From positions 35,092,001 to 35,156,000 of the forward strand of contig OZ024746.1 of NCBI GenBank assembly GCA_964016885.1: a stretch of 64,000 nucleotides of DNA, written 5' to 3'. The notes beneath the pieces were generated by a model that ran no database searches, was not told the origin of the DNA, and was given only the letters and a program-made list of their open reading frames with translations. This DNA is from Eledone cirrhosa. Its lineage: Eukaryota. Shown one piece after another: positions 27,488-47,400 of this stretch; position 1 is the stretch's first letter; each line of letters begins with the position of its first letter. Position numbers and translations under genes: made by a program.

Positions 27488-29573
27488 AAAATACGTATAA
27501 ACATGTAAAAAAAAACACATGCCTTACGCACATACATAAATAAGTGCATACATATCTACATACATACAAAAGCATACATACATACACACATACAGCTGTT
27601 TTATCAATGTGCCAAATTAAAAAGGATATTAACTGAATATAAAAATCAGTTCACAACATAGAGCGTTGATATCAATTATATATGTTTGAAAATGAAAAAG
27701 GAAGATCACAACTGTATCGCTTCTGATTAAATAAACTCTTCAAACTGAGGCTAAGCAACTCAGACAAAAACAGCAAACTCACCCTTCTTTTAATCAATAT
27801 GGTTAATCTGACTTTACCTAATTATAAAACCAATATTGGTTGTTTTATTCGTAGAATAAAGACACATTTCATACCGGCAAAATTAAAGTTCCTAACGTTA
27901 GGATACGAATTTAAAATCTTTAAATTATTTAGCTGCTCTATCATTTGTTTGGTTTGTGACTAGCACCCTAATCTTTTCTAAACAAAACTCTATCATCTTG
28001 AAAAATATTAGATTGGAAAATTAAGTTAAAGAATGCATGCCGTACATAAAGTAATTTTGAATTAATTGAAATCTACCTCTTAAAAATTGCAATGACCTCC
28101 CTACAAAAAATTGCAATAACCACTGAAAGTAAAGAAAAAATAATTACAAAAATAATTAAGAATTCATTTTCCTGATTTCAAGGCTTACAAAGAAAAGTTT
28201 CTGATTATTTCAGATATGTGTTGTTCTATTAGAACTCATCAGCGTCGGACAATCAAACGAAGCCTACAAATTAGAACAGAGCTTTTTACATTTAGAAAAG
28301 GATCTACGAATAGATTTAAATGGAATAATTCTTATAATTAAAAATAAATTGAGCTACGAGATATAACTCGAGTATCCAATGGCATGAGGTTGGATAATTA
28401 AGTTTTACCATTCTCCAAAAAAGTCTTAATTAATTGAAATTGGATAATATAGTTAGATGTGGAATATTCGTGAAAATGCATGTCAAGATTGTCACGGCTT
28501 CAATTAGTGTGGTCATAGTTCGTATCGATCAGAATCGACTTGGGGTTAATCAATAACATCAATAACAAATAGCTTTCTCTTAGTCAATATAATCAATCGA
28601 ATCAAAATCCATTATACAACGCGTCATTATTACATTCTCTCTTCCTGAATGATTCAAAGGTGATCTCGTCCGCATTTGGATTTTTAAATGTTTTGCAGTA
28701 GAAATATAGAAAGTTTCAAATATTTGGACAGAATTTTCATCACTCGCACCATTCTGACTGTCCGTTTTGTGACAGATAGTAAGTGGTGATATAATGCCTT
28801 GCAGTTCGCGGAGTTGACATCATTGCATCTTATTCTGTCATGCCATGCCAATTATACGGATGTACGGCATTTTTTGTTAATATTTTGTATGTTTTCATTT
28901 TTTATCTTGCTTTTAGTTTTTAAACTCAGAGGGAAATCGATAACTGGATGAAGATAAATCTTCGAGAATAGAATTGATTAAATTTATGTAAAGAAATTGA
29001 AGATTGAAGGATGGAGATTCTGAGTTACTTTGGGATTGGTTTAAAAGCAACAAAAATGCAAAATGTAATAAAAGAACATAACATTTTAGAAAATAATAAA
29101 TAAATAAATAAAAAGAGAAGACGAGTGTGAAAAGGTGTGACCTCTTAAGACAAACACTAAAATTAAATTAGTTTGTACGAATGACTAGAAATGATGAAGA
29201 TGGTGTATGGTGTGAGTGGGGAAGGCAAGTGTGAAGCTTAGAAGGAAACAGGTCAAATAGTGAAACTGGAAGTAATTGGGAATAAAAGTTTGAAGAATGC
29301 GTGTGAAGAAGCGAAAGTGTTGGATAGTGGGGAAAGAGAAGCTTGTGAATATGTAGTCGACTTGAAAAATTGAATCAACTGTTCAAAACTGATTGTGAAA
29401 GTGAAATTTAAAATAACAGTAATTACACTGGTGGTGGAGAGCAAAGCTATGCGAAATGAGAGTAATGTTGTAAATAAGCGGAGGAGAGGGAAAATAGAGA
29501 GGAGAAAGGAATGAAAAGAAACGAAAATGTGAAGAGAAAGAGAGAGAGATAAAGACGGGAGAGAGGTAAAGAC

Positions 29574-29930
<357 letters not shown>

Positions 29931-31689
29931 GCGAGTTAAAGAAGTCAGCTTCGATTATAAGAAGGGATCATGTGTGAGTGAGTGCGTGATAGAATGATAG
30001 AGTTTAGAAGGTGCGGGCCTACAGAAGGCAGCAGGGAGAAAAAGGAGATAGTTGAAGAGAGAAGGTTGTCGGTTCAAGTGGTAAACCCAGAATAATTGGA
30101 TGTGATGAGATGAGAGATGAAAATTTAAAAAAATTAAAATATCGTGCTAATTGATAGGGTGGGGTAGACGAGGTAATATGAGATTTATGAGGTTGGGTGA
30201 CTACTACAGAAAAAAATGATATGTGCGTGTGCGTGTATGTGTGTGCGTATATGTTGGGGATGTATGTGTGTCCATGTGCGTCGGTGTTGCGTTTATGTGT
30301 GTGTTGGGGTGTATGTGTGTGTGTATTATGTAAATATATAAATTTGAATGTTCACTTCGATTTTGCTAACCCACTGTATAGATAAACAGGTTGACATTGT
30401 GTATCCCGTCACAGTCAGGTGTTCCCTCAAACTATTGCATATGAACTTTTTATGGCTACCAGCATGATTGTGTGCTATTCACAGCAATATATTTTAATAT
30501 CTATAAGGAAGGTTCTATGGCATAGTATCGATTGAGATATCTCTTTATGTATTGAAATATTTTTCATATTACCACTCGCAACCTGTAATGTTTCCATTCT
30601 TCTTCTTCATCTTCTTCTTTGTTCATTTATTCCTGGGATGTTCATAGGGGCAGAGTCCTCAAATACTCCTAAAACACATCCTTATATATATTAAAACATA
30701 TTTCATATTATCACCTGGAATTTTTCTCGTCCTTTTTTTATTAAGTAACTGCTAATATAATTTATATGTAAATATATACGACTCACATAGTAAATGCTAT
30801 CACCTATGTATGGCTAAATACCCATGATCGGGCCGGCTATTTGTTATGCGTTTAATTGGAGAGAAGAAAACGTATCATCCTGCCTCCCTGCAAAAGAGTT
30901 GAAGCTGTCATGTCTCTATGGATATTACTTTATAGTATCTGTATTGGATTCATCGTCACTATGAAGTAATATTAGTATTGTGAAAGTTTAAATCCCTTGT
31001 TGTCAAATCGTTCTGAGAGGTGGCTGTCTTTTACCTGCACAAGTTTGACAAAGTCCGGGTCAGTAAAATACGCCAGTTTCTGAACTATTAGTACTCTGCT
31101 GTCTCTTTTGTGTTTTAAAGTCAAATCCCAATGAGATGGAAGCAAATTTTATCTGTTTAGAGGATATAAGAAAACCACGATATTTTGCTATAAATATCTG
31201 AACGAATGTCAATACCAAGGATTTTCCTTTGCATTTTCAAGCTTTGCTTTTGTAAAATAGATGGCTCTTAATTGATCAACTGATCAATACTTTCTGCATC
31301 TGACCATCTCGTCTTTATGTAAATCATTGACTATATTGTCCAATGTTTCCTTTTTTACTTGAGACGTTAAGATAGGATTTGAAGCTTGTTGTGCACTTGC
31401 AACAAGACCACTAACCCCTCAAAAATATTCCACTATTAAACATAGCTTTATTTCTTCATATCTATGCCCTTAGACTATTATGACTTAATTTAAAAGAATT
31501 TAGCTACTAGTTATAGCAAATATATTAGCCCCATAGATGCGTCTCCTGGTGTAATTGATATATTTACCACTTAAATCACGTACAAGCTTCTCGTACCTGT
31601 GATATTGAATACAGATTGCTCCATGAACCCCAGATGCGTTGTATATTACATTAATTTGGAGAAAGAGAACATAATTATAAATGTCTATT

Positions 31690-31920
31690 TCGATCCCCGA
31701 CTCTCATCAGCCCGAGGCTTATATCGGTTTCCATGTCGTAAAGCGACTTAAAATACAAAAGTCGCCCAGCACAAGACGCTAGTCCATTGCAGGGTTAAAC
31801 CCTACAGCTATAACTAGTACTCATGCTCAGCTGAATATAGAGGAGGAAAGTGAAATGAAGCATTTTGCTCAAGAATGCAACATACAGCCCCCTCAAGGAA
31901 TCGAACCCACGGCACTATGG
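31690..31920 (-). mobile_element. Old CORE-type tRNA SINE
   Basis: Antisense B-box ggaatcgaaccc (~31897-31908), CORE-like tgaagcattttgctcaagaa, and gctagtccattgcagggtt segment. Confidence 0.55.
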
Positions 31921-32357
31921 TGATTTAGGAAGAGCAGAAACGACAAACAACGTTATGTTCTGAATGTGTGCAGCAAAGTATATTGCCATGACTCTCTGCA
32001 TTGTGAGTTCAAATCTGACAATTGTGTAACATTTCATTCTATATATCCCGGCTGCGTAAAAGACGTTCCAGTTAAATACGGAATTTATTATAGAATACAC
32101 TACTTGTGTTATGCTATTGTTTGGAGTTGATATGAATCATTTTCCTCATTTCTTGTCTCTATCTATCTCATATTTGCTCTCACATGTTCTATCGGTGTAT
32201 CTCCCACATTCCTCTTTGTTGACACGCGCTCTCTATTACTGAAGCTCAAGATCTTTTCATTTTCCTTCTCTCTTGCAGTCTTACCCCTTTACATGCTTTC
32301 TTTCAATTTACTTCTCCCTGTCTTCCCCCTCTGTCACAGTCTCTTTCATTCTCTCCT

Positions 32358-32453
<96 letters not shown>

Positions 32454-32569
32454 AAGACACATTCTTTACTCAAGCACCATACACATTTATAAATTCACGT
32501 GAATTTGGTCGGTTCGTGTTCGGTAATCAGTAATAATTTCCCATTTGAACTGGTTGATCAATAACACTT

Positions 32570-35737
<3,168 letters not shown>

Positions 35738-35738
35738 A

Positions 35739-36534
35739 TGGTGGCTGCCAACTCGTTTTCGAGTACGGCCACTACTTTATATCCATGTAGGAGAACCCCT
35801 ACCGATGCGCTGAACGAGTGTGACTTTTTTGTCCAGCCAGCGACTTGAAAACTCTGGTACAAACACTACACTTGTGACAATTATCGACACATAGTGCTTT
35901 GCCCTTGGTACCATGTGACGACAAGTGCAGAGAGATCTCCAGATATAAAGCAATGCCTGTGCCGTGAAGCTTTTATAGTGAGCAAAGGCACTGCACAAAG
36001 CCAGTCCCACTCTCTTAACCAAGATGATATTTACCAAAAAGAAGAACAAGTCAACATCATTGGATACCATCAGGGTTGCAGGTGTTATATCAGAGTTTTC
36101 CTTCTCCTAGAATTCTGCCTTGACAAAGGCTAAGGAGTCATCTCTCCCAGTGATTTTGGATGGCCATTGACTCTTAAGAGCTCCTTTGCCCTTTGACAGG
36201 TCACCAAGTGGTGACCTGACATATCCAAGTGGTGACCTGACATATATATATACATACATATATATATACATGGTGGCTGCCAACTCGGTTTCGAGTACGG
36301 CCAATACTTTATATCCATCTAGGAGAACCCCTACCGATGCGCTGAACGAATATGACTTTTTAGTCCAGCCAGCGACTTGAACACTCTGGTACAAACACTA
36401 CACCTGTGACAATTATTGACACATAGTGCTGGGCCCATGGTACCATGTAACGACAAATGCAGAAAGATCTCCAGATATAAAGCAATGCCTGTGCCGTGAA
36501 GCTTTTATAGTGAGCAAAGGCACTGCACAAAGCC
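35739..36534 (-). mobile_element. Possible solo LTR (35739-36242) plus truncated second copy (36271-36534)
   Basis: On the minus strand the ~500-bp unit starts TGTCAG and ends CCACCA and contains TATAAAAG; ~265 bp are duplicated; bounded by (TA)n. No internal gag/pol or clear TSD. Confidence 0.45.
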
Positions 36535-36617
36535 ATATATATATATATACATATATATATACATATATATATACATATATATATACATATATATATACAT
36601 ATATATATACATATATA

Positions 36618-36703
<86 letters not shown>

Positions 36704-36714
36704 CATATATACAC

Positions 36715-36747
<33 letters not shown>

Positions 36748-36813
36748 CATATAAATACCTATATATATATAAAATCATAATTCAATCATTTCATGTATCG
36801 TAATGAGTATTAA

Positions 36814-37712
<899 letters not shown>

Positions 37713-37729
37713 GTATATATATGTATATG

Positions 37730-37774
<45 letters not shown>

Positions 37775-37793
37775 ATATGTATATATATATAGA

Positions 37794-38981
37794 GAATGAA
37801 TAGTAACAGGTAGATATCATACAAAGGTAATTTATTCTGTGTGCTTACAAATATTTCCACGGTGGTTATACAGCCTAGGTATGCTATGTGCAAATTTATA
37901 ACTATTCGCAAAACTCAATTATCAAATGCTGTGATCACTGTATCCTCAGACCAGAATGGTTAAAATGTACAATGTAAATACCCTTAAGGAGGTAGTAGTA
38001 GACCCGATGTAATACCATTTCCGGAAATGGTATTACATCGGGTCTACCACTACCTCCAATAAATCTCGCTGGTATCGTCATCGATTCTCAATTAAACATC
38101 CTAATCACCGTTTTGTGACCACGCTCGTCAACAAGACCTGGCAACTCCGCGAACGCAACCAACAGTTCAACTTGAAATGGGATATACTTTGCAGCGCTAG
38201 TGCATATCTGAGTGGATTGAAGTACTGTAGGTTATGTAACCTTGAACTCTTTTACATCTTAAAATCCAAAAATAAAGTACTAAATGATAGAATCGAACGA
38301 CCATTATACTGCAACCACAAACTGAAGGCTAAATTCTCTCACTATAAAATAACTTAACATTCGAACCCGTAACTATAACATTGCTTTCTAGCTAACCACT
38401 TTCTCTTCCCCCACACTACAAGACAATACTATGCTTATCACAATAAATGGAAACTTAGTGCAATTTGAAGACTACTAGTATGAACTAAATTTACACCCAT
38501 CCCATAGCTTTCATCTGTCCCCTTTCTATCTCTCCCTCTCTATCCACTCCCCTCTCTCTGTCTCTCGCCCTAGGACCACCTCCCTCCTTCTCCCCTTCTT
38601 TTCTCTCTTCCTTTTTCTGCTCTATCTTCCCCAATAACCTCACTTGAGGGTATTTACATTGTACATTTTAACCATTCTGCTCTGATGATACAGTGGTCAC
38701 AACATTTGATAATTGAGTTTTGGAAATAGTTATAATGTTGCACATAGCATAACTAGGCTGTATAACCATCATGGAAACATTTGTAAACACACGGAATAAA
38801 TTACTTTTTTATGATGTCTACCTGTTATTATTCATTCTTCATCTACACTCCGGAATACAGAAGGATCAGGAACTAAGTTTCTTCAACAATTCTTCCATAG
38901 CTCGTTGAGTAACCTCTCACCGTACGTCAACTCTGTCCAGTGTAGTAATTAACCATTACTGCATCCAGGATAATCCTATAC

Positions 38982-38985
<4 letters not shown>
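37794..38985 (+). mobile_element. 5'-truncated Penelope-like element: inverted pLTR + GIY-YIG C-terminal half + 3' repeat
   Basis: YYIGST..RWYRH..W.L..LKWDIL..CRLCNLE..LN..CNH (~38031-38357); 37794-37984 is the reverse complement of ~38647-38840. Confidence 0.85.
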
Positions 38986-39045
<60 letters not shown>

Positions 39046-39054
39046 TATACATAT

Positions 39055-39087
<33 letters not shown>

Positions 39088-39146
39088 TATATACATATAT
39101 ATATATACATATATATATATATACATATATACATATATATATATAT

Positions 39147-39222
<76 letters not shown>

Positions 39223-39274
39223 TTGTATATATATATATATATGTATATATATGTATATATATATATATATATAT

Positions 39275-39630
39275 GAATAAAGTTAGTCCTTCATCAGTGA
39301 TCTTCCAACCATCATTGGTATTTCATCGCTTTAAAGACCATATACCTCAGGTTGGTGCGAGCAACGGCTAAAAAAAGTCGTTGGGACACGTAAATAAAGG
39401 GAACACGAGTGTAAACAAACAAAATGGTGAAGCAACGGAAAGTGAGGAAGAAGGAGTCAAGACCCAAATTTCTAAGAATTTAAACTCGGTGAAATCGTGA
39501 ACGAGAGAGAATAAAGACCATCAAACCTGGTTGGAATGTAAGCAAGGAAGGAATTCCGTACAGGTCTAACGGGAGGAAGAAGGGATCTCGTCTGTGATTT
39601 CGGTGAACGTCAGTTCTGTGAAATCATAGT
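39275..39630 (-). mobile_element. Diverged relative of the 49.2-kb repeat (pLTR-like)
   Basis: gtcc(t/c)tcatcagtgat..atttcat..catatacctca.gttggtgc shared with ~49265-49340. Confidence 0.6.
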
Positions 39631-39755
39631 TTATATCTATATGTATATATATATATTGTACTGTTGACAATGTTATTCTTCACTTTTTCAATTTTATATA
39701 TATATGTTACGTATATATGTAAATATATATATATATATGTATATGTATATATGTA

Positions 39756-39879
<124 letters not shown>

Positions 39880-39962
39880 TAAATATATATATACACATAT
39901 ATATATACATATATACATATATACATATATATATACATATACATATATACATATATTTATAC

Positions 39963-40011
<49 letters not shown>

Positions 40012-40182
40012 TATATAAATATATATATACACATATATATATACATATATACATATATATATACATATACATATAAACATATATTTATACACATATACAT
40101 ATACATATATACATATATATATACATATATACATATATACATATATATATACACATATACATATACATATATACATATACAT

Positions 40183-40262
<80 letters not shown>

Positions 40263-40989
40263 GTTATTCCGGGTTGAATCGGAGGTAACCACAGTAAGTA
40301 AGGTACTCAATACATAACAGAGTATAAATGTTTTAATATAGAAGAGATTCTACAGGACTAGAACTGTTTCATTCATTAGAAATCATCAGGAATCTGGGTA
40401 TCTAAAAATAAATATGGTATTTATAGGTTTCTACAAGTGGTAGGAGAGGGTGGGGAGTGGGATGGGTGCAGGTCATTGGTTGATAGAAAAGGGAATTCAT
40501 TAAAAGCTAATTCTACAAAGCTATAGTTTATTTTTATTTATTTATGTTTTTAGAGTAACAAGGGCAGACAGAATTCTATAAACAGGTTCCGGATGGCATA
40601 CCAATCCTTGTCAATAAGTTTCTCTTAAGCTAACAGATGTCTATAAAATCAGTGGGGGGTCAGTCATGGTCGATAGAATTAAAGAAAAGGGAGATTCTTT
40701 AAAAGCTAAAATCATTAAGGTTCTACTAAGTGACAAAGGTCTAGAGAATTCTGCAGACAGATTCAAAATACTGAGTGCATATCTTACTATTATCTTCGAA
40801 CTTCTCTTAAACTAATCAACTATATGCCAAAAATCAATAGACACATTCACAAAAAAACAAAAAAAACACATACTCGCTCACACACTTACGCGCAACCTTA
40901 AACACACACACAAACACATATACACACATAAAAACACACACACATATATAAAAATATGTTCATGTACACACACATGCATACACACATAC

Positions 40990-41052
<63 letters not shown>

Positions 41053-41247
41053 AGTATATACACATATATACACACACACATATATATATATACACATACA
41101 CACACACATACGCATACATACACACACACACACATATATACACAAATAAATACACTCACACGCATACATACAAACACAAATATACATGTGTATACATATA
41201 CACACAAATACATATAGACATATATACATACACATACACAGACACAT

Positions 41248-41347
<100 letters not shown>

Positions 41348-41481
41348 ACACATACATACATACACATATATATATATACACACACATATATATACACGCA
41401 CACACACATATATACACACATATATATATACACACACACACATACACATGCATATGTATAAATATCTATGCACATACATAT

Positions 41482-41521
<40 letters not shown>

Positions 41522-41545
41522 ATATGTATTTGTGTGTATATGCAT

Positions 41546-41596
<51 letters not shown>

Positions 41597-41697
41597 CATA
41601 CATATACAAACATACACATACATACACAGCCCTATACATAAATATACACATATATATACAGACATATAACGCATATATACACACACATATACACATA

Positions 41698-41729
<32 letters not shown>

Positions 41730-41798
41730 CACACACGCGCATAAACACATACACACATACACACACAAATATATATACACACTCTCTCTCTTACGCAC

Positions 41799-41857
<59 letters not shown>

Positions 41858-41900
41858 TATACACACACACACATATATACACACATACATATACACAGAC

Positions 41901-41941
<41 letters not shown>

Positions 41942-41961
41942 AGCACACATACACACACACA

Positions 41962-41995
<34 letters not shown>

Positions 41996-42022
41996 CACAC
42001 ATATATACATATATATACATAC

Positions 42023-42059
<37 letters not shown>

Positions 42060-42102
42060 AATACACACACACATATATATATATATACACACCTGCCCAC
42101 AC

Positions 42103-42139
<37 letters not shown>

Positions 42140-42172
42140 CCCACACACACACACGGACACACATACATACAT

Positions 42173-42325
<153 letters not shown>

Positions 42326-42540
42326 CATATACATATATATACATATACACATACACATACACATACATACACACATATATACATAAACATACATACATAC
42401 ACATACATACATACATACATACATACATACACATATATACACATATACACATATATATACATATACATACACATATATACATACATATACATACATAAAT
42501 ATACACACATAAAACACATATACACACAAACATATATATG

Positions 42541-42572
<32 letters not shown>

Positions 42573-42848
42573 TACATATACACACATACAAACAAATATA
42601 TACACATACAAATAAATAGGTACTCAATAAATATACGCATATACGCAGGCACATAAAGACACCTCTACAGGCAGAAAATGTAGATACGAAAGAGGTACTC
42701 ACATAACCATAGTGGCCGTATTTCAGGTTGAGGAGGGGTGGGGTATGGTGGGGAGGAGGTATAGGGGCCAATAGGGAGAGGTCGTTTTTAGCCATCGGGC
42801 TTTAACACTGGCTTAAAGTGTTTGAAAGTTAACCATGATCAAGAAACC

Positions 42849-44990
42849 ATGCTGACCAAACTCGACCTTGATATTTCCTTGAAGAACATCCCTATCCCTC
42901 CAAGGAAACTATACTTAAAAACACTCATCAGACGTACCGACGAGTTCATCAAGCGAATTAGATGGAGGGCCTTCTTCCTCGACAACCCTGATGTAGCATC
43001 TACCAATGATGAGAAGTTCGGCTTCAAAACGAATAAGACACCACCCACCAACAGCCTACTCCAACCATTTGAAGAAGACCTCTTCAAGATGATCAAGGAT
43101 ATTAAATTCCGTAGAGCCACCACACCATTCCAGGCCTACTTAAATGCCGAATTACGGAATATAAAAAAATCCCCTAATCTTTATGTCTCCTCCGATAAAA
43201 CCAAAAAAGTTTATGAGGTAGACCCACAGACCTACAATAAGCTGGCAAACAATACCATCACGACCACCTACAAAAAGGTAATAGAGAGGGCACTGACTGA
43301 GACAAACGCGACCGGAAAAGAAATCGCCAAGTCCCTTAAATTACATGACCGAACCGAACCTTTAAGGGTAAAGACCCCGCACTTTACCCTGAAGGACCAT
43401 AAGGGAAATTTCCTCAACAAACCATCAGTCAGACTTATCAACCCCACTCGTTCTGACATCGGCTCTATCAGTAAGAAGATCCTGGATAGAGTTCTACCAT
43501 CATTCCGGGCAGCCTCACCACTTCCACTCTGGAGTAGAACATCTGAGGCAATATCATGGTTCCAAGAATTACCCGATAAACACCACACTCGCTTCCTGCA
43601 ACTCGACATAGAAAACTACTATGCCTCTATCTCGGAGCCCCTCCTGAAGGACGCAATTAACTTTGCCAGGAATTTTACCACCATTACCGATGCTGAGCAA
43701 GTTATTATCCTCCACGCTCGTAAGACCTTTCTATACCACGATGGATCTTACTGGATCAACAAGAAATCTCAGACCCCATTTCACGTTAGCATGGGGGCGA
43801 GTGACTCGGCTGAAATTAGCGACCTTGTGGGCCTGTACATCCTACATAACCTGAAGAACCTCTTTACCGGCCTAACGGGAGGTTTATACCGAGACGACGG
43901 CCTCTTCGCCATGCATAAGGTTAGCCCCAGAACCACCGATGGGTTTCGGAAAAACTTAAGCTCTTTCTTCTCTAATCTAGGATTTAGTATAACTATAGAT
44001 TCAAATTTGACTAGGGCCAACTTCTTAGATGTCACTCTCGACCTAGATACTTCCCTCTATTACCCGTACCACAAACCTAACGAGTCCCTTAAATATATTA
44101 ATGTTAATTCAAACCACCCCCAAAACATCACTAATAACCTAGTAAAAAGCGTCTCAATTAGAATATCTGGCCTCTCCGCCAACAAAGATATTTTTAATGC
44201 ATCTGCCTCCTACTACAATGACGCCCTAGCCCGTAGCGGATTTAAAGATAAGATAACTTACCTAGAAACCACCGCAAGATTGCAGAGGAGGAATAGACAT
44301 AGGCAGATTAGCTGGTACAACCCTCCCTTCAATAGAGAGGTATCTACTCCGATAGCTAGGATTTTCTTCACTTTACTGAAATTACACTTCCCCATACAAC
44401 ATAGATACTACACCATCTTTAATAAGAACACTATAAGACTGTCTTACTCCACCACACCTAACCTAGCTAGGAATATAGCCAACCACAATTCTAAACTAAT
44501 AAGCCAACCACCTCCGAAACCAATCCCCGGACTGGGGCTCTATGTAATTGCCTAAATAAGGAAGCATGCCCACTCGAAAACAAATGCCTCACAAATGACA
44601 TCGTATACAAATGCGATGTCATCTCAGGCACCGAGGATTGCAAAAAAACTTACATCGGCATGACCTCCAACAACTTTAAGACCCGTTGGTATGCCCATAA
44701 CCACTCCTTCAGATGACCGGATAAATCAAATCAGACAACACTCGCCTCCTACGTTTGGGACCTCAAAAGGAACTCCACCCCCTTCACGCTTAATTGGAAA
44801 ATACTCCAGGAAGCGCGCTCTTACAACGGAGGACACAAGGGCTGCGACCTTTGTATTTCAGAGAGCTACGAAATTTTATTCGCCAAGGGCCGGCTACTGA
44901 ACAAACTCTCTGAACACTGCCCGAACTGCATGCACAAGAACTTTGCAACTTTCAAACACTTTAAGCCAGTGTTAAAGCCCGATGGCTAAA
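42849..44990 (+). pseudogene. PLE reverse transcriptase + GIY-YIG endonuclease, one frameshift (~44520-44543) and one internal TGA (44714-44716)
   Basis: SDKT, LKDHK, VRLINP, DIENYYASI, MGASDSAEISDLVG, GLYRDDGL, NFLDVTLDL, SNHP, WYNPPF; then in the -1 frame CNCLNKEACPLENKC..IVYKC..YIGMT..RWYAH..CDLCISE..LLNK..CMH. The CxCx5Cx5C linker and (TA)n targeting resemble, from memory, the Hydra PLE clade. Confidence 0.92.
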
Positions 44991-45206
44991 AACGACCTCC
45001 CCCTATTGGCCCCTATACCTCCTCCCCACCCTACCCCCGCCCCTCCTCAACCTGAAATACGGCCACTATGGTTATGTGAGTACCTCTTTCGTATCTACAT
45101 TTTCTGCCTGTAGAGGTGTCTTTATGTGCCTGCGTATATGCGTATATTTATTGAGTACCTATTTATTTGTATGTGTATATATTTGTTTGTATGTGTGTAT
45201 ATGTAA

Positions 45207-45245
<39 letters not shown>

Positions 45246-45503
45246 TATGTTTGTGTGTATATGTGTTTTATGTGTGTATATTTATGTATGTATATGTATG
45301 TATATATGTGTATGTATATGTATATATATGTGTATATGTAATATATGTGTATGTATGTATGTATGTATATGTATGTATGTATGTTTATGTATATATGTGT
45401 GTATGTATGTGTATGTGTATGTGTATATGTATATATATGTATATGTATGTGTATATATATATGTATATATATATATATGTATGTATATATATATATGTAT
45501 GTA

Positions 45504-45554
<51 letters not shown>

Positions 45555-45570
45555 GTATGTATGTGTGTGC

Positions 45571-45616
<46 letters not shown>

Positions 45617-45631
45617 GTGTGGGCAGGTTTG

Positions 45632-45664
<33 letters not shown>

Positions 45665-45723
45665 TTGTATATATATATATATATATATATGTATATGTAT
45701 GTATATATATATGTATATATGTG

Positions 45724-45759
<36 letters not shown>

Positions 45760-45779
45760 TGTGTGTGTGTATGTGTGCA

Positions 45780-45827
<48 letters not shown>

Positions 45828-45869
45828 TGTATATGTATGTGTGTATATATGTGTGTGTGTGTGTGTATA

Positions 45870-45925
<56 letters not shown>

Positions 45926-45991
45926 CGTGAGAGAGAGAGTGTGTATATATATGTGTGTGTGTATGTGTGTATGTGTGTATGCGCGTGTGTG

Positions 45992-46046
<55 letters not shown>

Positions 46047-46193
46047 GTGTGTGTGTATATATGCGTTATATGTCTGTATATATATGTGTATATTTATGTA
46101 TAGGTCTGTGTATGTATGTGTATGTTTGTATATGTATGGATGTATATATATATATATATATATATATCCATGCATATACACACAAATACATAT

Positions 46194-46249
<56 letters not shown>

Positions 46250-46469
46250 ATATGTATGTGCATAGATATTTATACATATGCATGTGTATGTGTGTGTGTG
46301 TATATATAACTTTGAATAACTTTGAAATGTTTTGGCCAGTATTGGCCCAGGCCATGTCTAACTTAATAGCACCACCTGGCGAAGTCTTTCAATTCAGGAT
46401 TTGATATGTGTGTGTGCGTGTATATATATGTGTGTGTATATATATATATATGTGTATGTATGTATGTGT

Positions 46470-46577
<108 letters not shown>

Positions 46578-46774
46578 CTATATGTGTCTGTGTATGTGTA
46601 TGTATATATGTCTATATGTATTTGTGTGTATATGTATACACATGTATATTTGTGTTTGTATGTATGCGTGTGAGTGTATTTATTTGTGTATATATGTGTG
46701 TGTGTGTGTATGTATGCGTATGTGTGTGTGTACGTGTATATATATATATGTGTGTATGTATATATGTGTATATA

Positions 46775-46839
<65 letters not shown>

Positions 46840-47400
46840 GTATGTGTGTATGTATGTGTGTGTACATGAACATATTTTTATATATGTGTGTGTATTTTTA
46901 TGTGTGTATATGTGTTTGTGTGTGTGTTTAAGGTTGCGCGTAAGTGTGTCAGCGAGTATGTGTTTTTTTGTTTTTTTGTGAATGCGTCTGTTGATTTTTG
47001 GCATATAGTTGATTAGTTTAAGAGAAGTTCGAAGATAATAGTAAGATATGCACTCAGTATTTTGAATCTGTCTGCAGAATTCTCTAGACCTTTGTCACTT
47101 AGTAGAACCTTAATGATTTTAGCTTTTAAAGAATCTCCCTTTTCTTTAATTCTATCGACCATGACTGACCCCCCACTGATTTTATAGACATCTGTTAACT
47201 TAAGAGAAACTTATTGACAAGGATTGGTCTGCCCTTGTTACTCTAAAAACATAAATAAATAAAAATAAACTATAGCTTTGTAGAATTAGCTTTTAATGAA
47301 TTCCCTTTTCTATCAACCAATGACCTGCACCCATCCCACTCCCCACCCTCTCCTACCACTTGTAGAGACCTATAAATACCATAATTATTTTTTGATACTC

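Noticed and set aside
44515-44555. Programmed -1 frameshift between RT and endonuclease
   Set aside because: No X XXY YYZ slippery heptamer seen; PLEs normally have a single ORF, and the related element reads in frame into CNC (33774-34079).
44714-44716. In-frame TGA in the GIY-YIG domain as selenocysteine (as in some Naiad PLEs)
   Set aside because: Not at a Cys motif position (HSFR*); the element has C-terminal endonuclease order and also a frameshift; more likely a point mutation.
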